DNA of 64,000 bases from an uncultured Candidatus Saccharibacteria bacterium. GTDB lineage: Bacteria > Patescibacteriota > Doudnabacteria > UBA920. The translations under genes were made by a program, and so were the position numbers. Below the pieces are notes generated by a model, which was not told where the DNA came from, made no database searches, and saw only the letters and a list, made by a program, of their open reading frames with translations. The stretch covers positions 5,594-69,593 of the forward strand of contig CAZHIA010000003.1 in the NCBI GenBank assembly GCA_964532425.1, given 5' to 3'. Every line of letters starts with the position of its first letter. The stretch's first letter is position 1. Below are positions 55,834 to 64,000 of this stretch, one piece after another.

Positions 55834-55947
55834 TTTTGATATTTTAATGGCACCTATAGTATACCAAAATCAGCCGCTTTTTCATAATTCCCTGCCTTAG
55901 CAAAGACGAAGGTGTCCGATTTTTTGTTACGAAAAGAACCAGCAGCA

Positions 55948-56406
55948 TTACTGCTGCTGGTGCGAGAGATTTCTGCACTGGGCGGATTGATGCGCATGGA
56001 GCCTGGAGACCACCTGTGCCGGTAGGCACGCGGACAAATCGCTTAAGAGGTCTGGATCCTGTCCTTGGCCGCCGAGAATGGTTTCGATCATTTCCACAAG
56101 CAATAGCATAGCATCTTCTACGAGTGGGTGATCTAAAGCCAGCCGGCTTGAAGTTTGCAGACGCTTAATCTCCCCTTCCAGAAGCTGAAGATCGGAAAGG
56201 TTCAGATTGGTATTCCTGCGTATGCGGCACAAACCTCTCAGCCGAGCAAGCGGTTTTTCGTTTTTCAATGCCTCAATCTGCAAAAGGATTTCCGGATGAG
56301 TGCCGGCGGTGTCCTGGACGGGCTTGAGACGCAAACCTGCTGGTTTACGGTAATCCGAAGTTTCAAAAGTTCTCATACTGCCATCAGTTTCTGCGACGTG
56401 CATCAT
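55948..56406 (-). CDS. Hypothetical protein
   Basis: AAGGAGG SD, TTGCGT-17-TATAGT promoter-like site. Confidence 0.5.
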   Translation of the reverse strand: MMHVAETDGSMRTFETSDYRKPAGLRLKPVQDTAGTHPEILLQIEALKNEKPLARLRGLCRIRRNTNLNLSDLQLLEGEIKRLQTSSRLALDHPLVEDAMLLLVEMIETILGGQGQDPDLLSDLSACLPAQVVSRLHAHQSAQCRNLSHQQQ

Positions 56407-56579
56407 GCCTCCTTACCACCACTATAGCAGCGCGATTTAGGGAACGCAATTCAGATTACGCACGAGCGTCTCCATTCACTATCATATGAAATGTGCCGGG
56501 CAGGGACCGCGCACGATTAAAAACCGCCGCACGGTATCGTGCGGCGGTACATACCCGGCTATTTCGCCTCAACGCTTTT

Positions 56580-57758
56580 CTACACGGAATTTTTTTCCAT
56601 AGAGCGCTGCATTTGCGTCCAGCTGGTAGCAATAATCGTATCCAGGTCCGAATGCTGCAATTCAAACCCAAGCTCTTCCCTGAGCTTCCTGTTGTCAGCC
56701 ACTGTGGCCGGAGCATCCCCGGCGCGGCGCGGTCCAGCTTCCATAGGAATCATGCGTTCCAGAATTTCCGACGCTTTATTGACAACTTCCCGCACGCTGC
56801 TGCCGTGTCCGGTGCCAATGTTGTATATGCGGTAGCTTTCGGTCGCTTCAAGTTTGGCAAGTGCTACGACATGGGCACGTGCGATATCGAGCACATGGAC
56901 ATAATCGCGGACGCAGGTGCCGTCCTGGGTGTTATAATCAGTTCCGTTGATCAAAAGGTACGGACGCTTGCCCAAGACCACTTCCAGAACTATCGGAATT
57001 AGGTGAGACTGGTGCGTCGGCATAATCTCTCCGTCAAAATCGCAACCGCAGGCATTAAAATACCGGAACACCACGGCTTGAAAACCGGAAAAATGGCAGT
57101 GGTATTTAATCAGGCGTTCGGCCAGCAGCTTGCTGTAGCCGTACGGGTTATTCGGACTCAGTTTGGCGGTCTCCGGAATCGGCACAACCTGTTGTTCGCC
57201 GTAGACGGCAGCGGTTGAAGAAAATATGATTTTTTTGACGTCATATTCAGCCATCGCCGAAAGCAGGACAGCCGTATTCAGCGTATTGTTCTTTAAATAC
57301 TTCTCCGGCTCGCGGACCGACTCTTCAACTTCAATACTCGCGGCAAAATGCATGACCGCATAAAAGCGTTCCTGGGCAAAAATATCACGCAGAAGGTTCG
57401 CATCTCCGACACTGCCTTCAATAAAACGGACTCCGGCCGGGACATTCTCGCGTTTACCGCTGGAAAGGTTATCCAGGATGGTCACCTGGTAGCCGGCTTT
57501 TAACAGTTCGCGGGTGGCATGTGCGCCAATATACCCGGCTCCCCCGGTCACCAGAATCCGCCGATTCTGGCTTTCCTGCTGCTGGAGACTCTCGATGGCT
57601 GATTCCAGCACCGCATGGTCGCTGCCGTTCTTAAGCAGCTGGTTGTATTTATCCACGGTCAATACCACTACTTCCGGACGGTTTTGCAGGTTCAGCACCA
57701 TGCCGCCTCCCCTATTTTTCACTTCGGCTATCAACTCTTCTAAATATTGTTGATCCAT
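56580..57758 (-). CDS. galE: UDP-glucose 4-epimerase with an N-terminal Phd/YefM-like extension
   Basis: ILVTGGAGYIGAH, HFAA, FSSTAAVYG, YGYSK, RYFN, RDYVHVLD; about 65 extra N-terminal residues. Confidence 0.93.
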   Translation of the reverse strand: MDQQYLEELIAEVKNRGGGMVLNLQNRPEVVVLTVDKYNQLLKNGSDHAVLESAIESLQQQESQNRRILVTGGAGYIGAHATRELLKAGYQVTILDNLSSGKRENVPAGVRFIEGSVGDANLLRDIFAQERFYAVMHFAASIEVEESVREPEKYLKNNTLNTAVLLSAMAEYDVKKIIFSSTAAVYGEQQVVPIPETAKLSPNNPYGYSKLLAERLIKYHCHFSGFQAVVFRYFNACGCDFDGEIMPTHQSHLIPIVLEVVLGKRPYLLINGTDYNTQDGTCVRDYVHVLDIARAHVVALAKLEATESYRIYNIGTGHGSSVREVVNKASEILERMIPMEAGPRRAGDAPATVADNRKLREELGFELQHSDLDTIIATSWTQMQRSMEKNSV

Positions 57759-57779
57759 AACCTTAGCGCAAATTAATTT

Positions 57780-57873
57780 ACCCAGGCACCTTTCGCGAAT
57801 GAACAAGCGCCTGAGGCGAAAATATCACTTTCTATGAACCGACAGGCAGAACGATATAAAAAGGTGCCTGGGT
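57780..57873. repeat. 14-bp perfect inverted repeat enclosing 66 nt, directly upstream of galE
   Basis: ACCCAGGCACCTTT ... AAAGGTGCCTGGGT. Confidence 0.75.
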
Positions 57874-58117
57874 CAAAAAAAACAGCTTCGTTTTTCAAAA
57901 TCAAGCTGTTTTTGTTTTGATTTTTCGCTTGTGGGTATTTGTACTAAACCAATCATAGCACGGTAAAAAAATAATGCAAATTTTCAGACCTGTAACGTGC
58001 CGATTTATCGGCCGAAAATGAGAAAGCCGATAAAATCGGCACGCTACGATTGTTGAACCTTCATAGAAAAAGCCACCCCAGTGTAAGCCAGGGTGGCCGC
58101 AAAGCGCTCGCCTCCGG

Positions 58118-59248
58118 CTAGCGCAAATAGACGTAAGCAGTGCCGATGGTCCCCACATCAGCGGGATCCTTTGTGTTCGTGTAGGTGACCATCAGCAGGT
58201 GGGCCCCGTCGGAAACAATGCCGGTGCCGACCAAATTTTTCGGAACCTGAAGGTTGATCTGGTCGAGTCCCGGAAACTGGGACGGTCCGACGTAGGTGAG
58301 CGCGTTCGGGATCTCCTTGTTGTCCAGGAGAACCTTAAACGTATACCCGGTCATTTTGCGGACCGGATTTGTGCTCGGATCATCGATCCCGAGCCCCGTC
58401 GCCCACAGAATGAGCACATATGAAGGCAACGACGAACTGTACACGGTGGCCGGCGTGTCCTTGCCCGAGGTCGTGTATTTGTCCTTGCCCTCGTTGGCAT
58501 ATTGAATGATCGCCGTGCCCCCGCTCTGGAAGAATCCAGGAACGAGCGGCTTGACCGTCACGGTCATAATATCACCGATCAGCGACCCGAACTGATTCTT
58601 CCGCCGCACATGCACCTGGATGTTTCCGAACGGCGTGAACAACGGAACCACGAAATTGATCTGTGTGTTGCTCACATAGTACAGCTGGGCAGGAGCCCCA
58701 TTGACCAGAACCTCGACATCGAGTGCCGAAGTCGGCAATTGCCCGTTGGCCGTGAATATGGCCGCCGGGTTCAGCGTGAACCCAGTTCCCATGATGGTCG
58801 CGATCTCCATGGGCGCAACTATGCCGTAGGATTGGAACGTAGCGCCATGGACCACACCTAACTCATCGACGGGGTTGTCTTTGTTCACGATCTGAACCCA
58901 TGCACTCGCCGTGGTTGTCGCACCAGTGGCATCGGCACAGGTATACGGGTAGTCTACCGTAACCATCGACAAAGTCGTCGGCAGTAACGCCTGTAACACT
59001 TCTTCTCTGCCCGGCTGCCGCGCTGCGTTGTTATTCCAGACCGCGCGGCAGGATGTTGCATCCGAACCGGCCGCGATGATGAGCCCGAACATGTCCCCGC
59101 TCCGAATGCGGAGCGGATGTCCGGCATCCGTGGTCACGAATGAGTTAACGCCCTTGCCGGGCGGAACCACGCGCGCGATCACGTTGAATTGTGGCGCCGC
59201 CGAAAGCAGGCCGACGGAAAACAAAGCGCAAAATAGTTTGCTTAACAT
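58118..59248 (-). CDS. Secreted protein with TIGR03437-like (Solibacter-type) C-terminal domain
   Basis: Signal peptide; VVHGATF, IATIMGTG, LPTS, VLVNGAPAQLYYVSNTQINFVVP, LWATGLG, PGLDQINLQVP. Confidence 0.75.
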   Translation of the reverse strand: MLSKLFCALFSVGLLSAAPQFNVIARVVPPGKGVNSFVTTDAGHPLRIRSGDMFGLIIAAGSDATSCRAVWNNNAARQPGREEVLQALLPTTLSMVTVDYPYTCADATGATTTASAWVQIVNKDNPVDELGVVHGATFQSYGIVAPMEIATIMGTGFTLNPAAIFTANGQLPTSALDVEVLVNGAPAQLYYVSNTQINFVVPLFTPFGNIQVHVRRKNQFGSLIGDIMTVTVKPLVPGFFQSGGTAIIQYANEGKDKYTTSGKDTPATVYSSSLPSYVLILWATGLGIDDPSTNPVRKMTGYTFKVLLDNKEIPNALTYVGPSQFPGLDQINLQVPKNLVGTGIVSDGAHLLMVTYTNTKDPADVGTIGTAYVYLR

Positions 59249-59380
59249 CTGTATCCCCTCCTGAGGGTTGTAAACGTTCACCTGTAGCTGTCTCATGACA
59301 GCCATTCAAGTTACACAATAGGCGCACCCTCTCTTGGATGCGCCTGTTTTGGAACTTGATGTTTGTTTAGTATTGTTCCC

Positions 59381-59409
59381 GTAGGGGCCGGTCGCGACCG
59401 GCCCCTACA
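59381..59409 (+). repeat. Intergenic GTAG-type REP palindrome
   Basis: GTAGGGGCCGGTC-GC-GACCGGCCCCTACA. Confidence 0.8.
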
Positions 59410-59426
59410 AATTCTGTCCACTAGTA

Positions 59427-62400
59427 CTAGTTATTCAGTATCAGCCACGAAAGCAACTTCCGCTTCCGGTACACTGCGAATCCTGCCATCGCCAGGGCGC
59501 CAAAGGCCAAAGCCATGGTATCCGCACCGGTCTTCGGGGCAATGAACGCACCCTGGACCTGCGGGGTATTGATGTTGATCCGCACGGTGTTGCCGTACGT
59601 ATTGGTCATGACGTAATTCAGGTTGCTTGCCAGGAAGTACTTGACGCGCACCTGGAAGGACTTGCTGACACTGCCGCCGGCCGGAATGGTGACTGCTGGG
59701 AAGGTAATAACCTGCCCGTTCACCTGGCCGCCGCCGTAATCAACCATGTCCGCAAACGGCAGGACACCGGAGAGGTCATCGGTAATGACGAAGTTGGTCG
59801 CCGGGGAATTACCGTTGTTTGTCACAGTCAGCGTATAGGTGATGAAATCTTCCTTAGATGCAGGCACGGACTGGGCATCCACATTCTTGGTAATGTTCAT
59901 CGCCCGCTTGTTGTAAGTCAGGTTAATGTTACCACCCTGAACCTGGCCGACGTAGACCCAAGCGCTTGCTTGGACCTGGCCGACGTTATCAGCCTGGGCA
60001 TAAGCAATGTTCTGAATGCCGTTCTGACCATAGGTAGTAGTCGTGTAAGAGGAGTTGACTCTGGCCTGGAATGTGATAGTGCGGGACTGGTACGAACCCA
60101 AGTTTCCAATGTACAGCGTGCCGCTGTTGCCAAAACTGTCGGAAGCTCCGGTACCGTCCATCTGCACCGTGCCCGGTACGAAGCTCAAGCCTTGCGGCAA
60201 GGTATCGGTTACGCGCACATTGGTCAGATTCTGACTGCCCGGGTTCTGGACGCGAATCTGGAACTGCACAGTATCACCGCTACTGACTGTAACACTGCTC
60301 TGGTATGAGGCGCCGTTTAATGTGCGCACCAGTTTAGTAATGGTCAGTTGTCCAGGCTGGTTGTATTGCTGGATCACGATAGTGTTAGCAATGAGCAGCA
60401 CGTTGCAGTTGGCATCGTACATATAGAAGGTGTACGAATTACCCGCGGTCATGTTGGTTACCTGGTAGGTACCGTTCGGGCCGCCAGTAATAACCGTGTT
60501 TGACAAGGTGCCCTGGGTAATGCGGATCTGGTTGGAGCCGCTGGAAGACCAGGTCAAAGTTGAGGACCAGGTGTTGCCGTTCTGTACCGGAGTACTAAAC
60601 GTCAGACTGGCATTAGTGTTGACCACGCACTGGTTATTGACATCCTTGCGGATGACCAAGGTCGCCACCAGCGCACCACAGGAAGAGGTGTCATACAGTT
60701 TGACGATGTAGTTCTTATTGGCCTGAATCTGGTTGAATGTATAGGAACCGGGGCTGACGGTAATATTTTGCACCAGCACGACTTCCTGTCCGTTATCCGG
60801 ATTGACGTAAGTCAACCGCATCGGGTTGGAACCGGAATAGCTGTAGGCAATCACGGCCTGGTAGTACCCGTTGCCCATATCGGTAATTGCACCAGTGGTC
60901 AGGCTCACGTTGCTGTTGATGACACAGACCGGGGGCTGCTGGCTAATCTGGACCGTACAGATCGAAGATTGGCCGTTGCTTGTGACTGTTGCGGAGTATT
61001 GGCCGGAGCCACTGAAGACGTTCGAGAACGAAGAACCGCTGCCGGTCCTGCCGTTGCTGGAGGTCCAGGAATACGTGCCATTACCGCCAGTGGCGGTGAA
61101 GTAGACAGTCTGGCCGGAGTTGGCAGTCTGGCTTGCCGGGCTGCACTGCACCTGCTGAGGATTCGGAGGCGTACTGACATTCACGTTACAATTAGCCGTC
61201 GTGCTGCCATCGCTGACCGTTACGGTCTTGCTGCCGCCGCTGGCATAGGAAGTGTTGAAAGAAGAGCCATAACCGCCGGTCGGGTAACCGCCGTTGGCAG
61301 TCCAGGTATAGTTTCCCGTACCGCCGGTAGCGGTAAAGTAGACGGTCTGGTTGACATTGGCACTCTGATTGGAAGGAGAACACTGCAAGGTCTGGGTCGG
61401 CGGAGTGGACACCTGTACCGTACAATTTTGAGACTGTCCGTTGCTGGTTACAGTTGCGGTCTGTTGGCCGGCCTGGTTAAAGACATTCGTGAAGGTATTT
61501 CCGGAGCCGGTCCTACCGTTGGTGGAGGTCCATGAGTATGTACCGTTACCGCCGCTGGCCGAGAAGTACACGGTCTGTCCGGTCTGGGCAGTTTGGCTCG
61601 CCGGGCTGCAGATGAGCTGCGGGTTGTTCGGTTGGTTGACAATAGCCTTACAGGTGGCGGTCTGTCCGCCGCTGGTCACGGTGACAATGTAGCCATTCGG
61701 ATTTGCGGAATTGTAACTCGTGTTAAAGGATAACCCGCTGCCTGAGGTGTTTGAAGAAAGCGGAGCAGACCAGGAGTACGCGCCAGTGCCGCCGGTGGCG
61801 GTGAAGTAGACCGGCTGGCCGACATTCACCGTCTGGCTGGGAGGAGAACACTGCAAAGTCTGAACTGGCGGAGTGCAATCGCGCACTGTAAAACTGACTG
61901 TACGGCTAATGCCGGAAATGGTCGCTGTCTTGGTCCAGTTGCCAATATTGGCCGTGGTCCAGGTTGAACCCACGTCACTCCAGAATCCTAAACCGCCGCT
62001 GCCGGAAACAATCTGGCCGACGTAGTAGTTGTTCTCACCGGTATTCTGGCCGTTGAGGGTGGAATTCCACAAGATCCGTTCGCCAATCAAATTCGCGGTG
62101 GCCACGATGGTGTAACGGGTGTTTTGGCCGACACAGAAATTGTTGTCGGTCGTTAACGTGAAATCTTTTTGCTGTGGCGGAGTCTGGTTCACCGTGACAT
62201 TACAATTGGAGGATACTCCCCCGCTCGTTACGGTGACTGTTTTGGCACCGCTCGTGCTGTAGGAAGTTGAGAAGCTGTAGCCGGAACCGCTCGCCGGACT
62301 GCCGCCATTGGCAGACCAGGAATAGGAACCGTTGCCGCCGGTCGCCGTAAAGTAGACTGGCTGGCCTTGGTTGGCTGTCTGGTTGGAAGGAGAACACTGC

Positions 62401-64000
62401 AAGGTCGGATTCGGAGGCGTGCTAACGTTCACGTTACAATTAGCAGTCGTACTACCATCGCTCACCGAGACAGTCTTTGAGCCGCCCGAAGCATACGAGG
62501 TATTGAACGAAGAGCCGTACCCACCGGTCGGGTAACCACCGTTAGCGGTCCAGGTATAGTTGCCCGTACCCCCAGTTGCGGTAAAGTAGACGGTCTGGTT
62601 AACGTTGGCATTTTGATTGGACGGAGAACACTGTAATTGAGTTGGCGGAGGCGGTGTAACGCCGCAGTTCTTCACGTCAAAAGATACCGTGCGTGAAATG
62701 CCGTTGATGGTCGCTGTCTTGGTCCAGTGACCAATATTGGCCGTGGTCCAAGTAGAACCGACATCACTCCAGAAACCTAAACCGCCGCTACCAGAGATAA
62801 TCTGACCGACGTAGTAATTATTCTCGCCGGTATTCTGGCCATTCAAGGTGGAATTCCAAAGGATTGACTGACCGATCAAATTGGCAGTAGCTGTGATGGT
62901 ATAACGGGTATTCTGACCCACACAGAAGTTGTTGTCAGTAACCAGCGTGAAATCATACTGCTGAGCCGGCTGCTGATTGACCGTGACATTACACGTCGAG
63001 GATTGGCCGGAACTGGTAACGATCACCTGTTTTGAACCGGAAGCAGAATACGTAGTAGAGAAGGACTGGCCATTGCCGGAAGCCGGAGAGCCGCCGGTGG
63101 CAGACCAGGTATAGCTTCCATTGCCGCCCGTTGCCGTAAAGTACACCGGCTGGTTCGGATTAGCAGACTGGGTCGCCGGGCTGCACTGCACTTGTTGGGT
63201 AGGCGGAGTGGCTACAGCGACATTGCAATTCGCTGTGGTACTGCCATCGCTGACCGTAACTGTTTTAGCACCGGATGAAGCGTATGAAGTATTAAACGAG
63301 GAACCATAACCGCCAGTCGGATAGCCGCCATTAGCAGTCCAGGTATAATTACCGGTACCGCCGGTGGCTGTGAAGTACACGGTCTGATTAATATTGGCGT
63401 TTTGGTTAGAAGGAGAGCACTGCAAAGTCTGAGTCGGAGGTGGGGTCGTACCGCAGTTCTTCACGTCAAAAGATACCGTGCGTGAAATTCCGTTGATGGT
63501 CGCTGTCTTGGTCCAGTGGCCAATGTTGGCCGTGGTCCAAGTGGAACCGACATCACTCCAGAAACCAAGGCCGCCGCTACCGGAGACTACCTGGCCCACA
63601 TAATAATTATTTTCACCGGTATTCTGACCATTCAAGGTCGAATTCCACAGAATCGACTGGCCAATTAAATTGGCAGTAGCTGTGATAGTGTAACGGGTAT
63701 TTTGTCCGACACAGAAATTATTGTCTGTGACTAATGTGAAATCATATTGCTGGGCCGGCTGCTGGTTGACGGTCACATTACAATTGGCTGTAGTTCCCCC
63801 GCTCGTAACAGTGACCTGTTTAGATCCGGACGCTGAGTAGGTCGTAGAGAAGGACTGACCGTTGCCATTAGACGGGCTGCCACCATTGGCTGACCAAGAG
63901 TAATTACCATCACCGCCGGTTGCGGTAAAGTAGACCGGCTGGTTCGGATTGGCCGACTGGGTTTGAGGGGAACACTGCAAGGTTGGGTTCTGAGGCGTTG
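59427..64000 (-). CDS. Large repetitive surface protein (5'-truncated by the window): Cys-bracketed Ig/PKD-like repeats, DUF11-like domains, PKTG + TM + basic tail
   Basis: Repeated QCSP...VYFTATGG.G.Y.W...NC units; ITKLV/GDTVQFQI/VTDTLP and ITYTLTVTN/ITDDL DUF11-like motifs; APKTG then hydrophobic stretch and RKRK. Confidence 0.85.
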   Translation of the reverse strand, partial: TPQNPTLQCSPQTQSANPNQPVYFTATGGDGNYSWSANGGSPSNGNGQSFSTTYSASGSKQVTVTSGGTTANCNVTVNQQPAQQYDFTLVTDNNFCVGQNTRYTITATANLIGQSILWNSTLNGQNTGENNYYVGQVVSGSGGLGFWSDVGSTWTTANIGHWTKTATINGISRTVSFDVKNCGTTPPPTQTLQCSPSNQNANINQTVYFTATGGTGNYTWTANGGYPTGGYGSSFNTSYASSGAKTVTVSDGSTTANCNVAVATPPTQQVQCSPATQSANPNQPVYFTATGGNGSYTWSATGGSPASGNGQSFSTTYSASGSKQVIVTSSGQSSTCNVTVNQQPAQQYDFTLVTDNNFCVGQNTRYTITATANLIGQSILWNSTLNGQNTGENNYYVGQIISGSGGLGFWSDVGSTWTTANIGHWTKTATINGISRTVSFDVKNCGVTPPPPTQLQCSPSNQNANVNQTVYFTATGGTGNYTWTANGGYPTGGYGSSFNTSYASGGSKTVSVSDGSTTANCNVNVSTPPNPTLQCSPSNQTANQGQPVYFTATGGNGSYSWSANGGSPASGSGYSFSTSYSTSGAKTVTVTSGGVSSNCNVTVNQTPPQQKDFTLTTDNNFCVGQNTRYTIVATANLIGERILWNSTLNGQNTGENNYYVGQIVSGSGGLGFWSDVGSTWTTANIGNWTKTATISGISRTVSFTVRDCTPPVQTLQCSPPSQTVNVGQPVYFTATGGTGAYSWSAPLSSNTSGSGLSFNTSYNSANPNGYIVTVTSGGQTATCKAIVNQPNNPQLICSPASQTAQTGQTVYFSASGGNGTYSWTSTNGRTGSGNTFTNVFNQAGQQTATVTSNGQSQNCTVQVSTPPTQTLQCSPSNQSANVNQTVYFTATGGTGNYTWTANGGYPTGGYGSSFNTSYASGGSKTVTVSDGSTTANCNVNVSTPPNPQQVQCSPASQTANSGQTVYFTATGGNGTYSWTSSNGRTGSGSSFSNVFSGSGQYSATVTSNGQSSICTVQISQQPPVCVINSNVSLTTGAITDMGNGYYQAVIAYSYSGSNPMRLTYVNPDNGQEVVLVQNITVSPGSYTFNQIQANKNYIVKLYDTSSCGALVATLVIRKDVNNQCVVNTNASLTFSTPVQNGNTWSSTLTWSSSGSNQIRITQGTLSNTVITGGPNGTYQVTNMTAGNSYTFYMYDANCNVLLIANTIVIQQYNQPGQLTITKLVRTLNGASYQSSVTVSSGDTVQFQIRVQNPGSQNLTNVRVTDTLPQGLSFVPGTVQMDGTGASDSFGNSGTLYIGNLGSYQSRTITFQARVNSSYTTTTYGQNGIQNIAYAQADNVGQVQASAWVYVGQVQGGNINLTYNKRAMNITKNVDAQSVPASKEDFITYTLTVTNNGNSPATNFVITDDLSGVLPFADMVDYGGGQVNGQVITFPAVTIPAGGSVSKSFQVRVKYFLASNLNYVMTNTYGNTVRININTPQVQGAFIAPKTGADTMALAFGALAMAGFAVYRKRKLLSWLILNN

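Noticed and set aside
57800-57860. glmS ribozyme (AAGCGCC motif near a sugar-metabolism gene)
   Set aside because: Wrong strand relative to galE and the downstream conserved core is absent
61860-63760. Near-identical repeats as DGR template and variable regions
   Set aside because: All copies are in frame within one ORF and differences are mainly synonymous, not adenine-specific
1-64000. Alternative genetic code (UGA read as Gly), tRNA or rRNA genes
   Set aside because: Conserved genes are intact under code 11 and some end in TGA; no cloverleaf or rRNA signatures were recognised by eye

Overview
Chromosomal window from a Patescibacteria/CPR-like bacterium (standard genetic code; lineage inferred from gene content and style, possibly Doudnabacteria-like). 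Almost all genes are on the minus strand. Contents: secA, hpf, murB/murC/murG, a dispersed surface-glycan toolkit (four GT4, three GT2, priming sugar transferase, Wzx, O-antigen ligase-like, galE), the infA-rpmJ-rpsM-rpsK-rpsD-rpoA-rplQ-rplM-rpsI cluster, alaS, a PGI-like gene, CtpA, an S8 protease, two very large surface proteins and many small ORFans that carry their own promoter, SD and terminator. The main find is the RNase P RNA gene (rnpB, 13879-14530, minus), whose P3 helix is a 21-bp stem looping out a 256-nt AT-rich insert that encodes a GIY-YIG nuclease; that ORF runs on into the ribozyme core, and an empty copy of the same inverted repeat lies about 500 nt away as a terminator. A parallel architecture is a four-helix-bundle gene enclosed by inverted 7-nt tandem-repeat arms. 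Many cargo-less short-period repeat hairpins and GTAG-type REP palindromes fill the intergenic spacers, and some are translated in frame inside alaS and two glycosyltransferases. Also notable: a Phd/YefM-like domain fused to GalE, an Acidobacteria-type (TIGR03437-like) secreted protein, and a convergent pair of small paralogous ORFans. No CRISPR array, tRNA, rRNA, integrase or reverse transcriptase was seen. All family calls are from motif recognition by eye; no searches were run.
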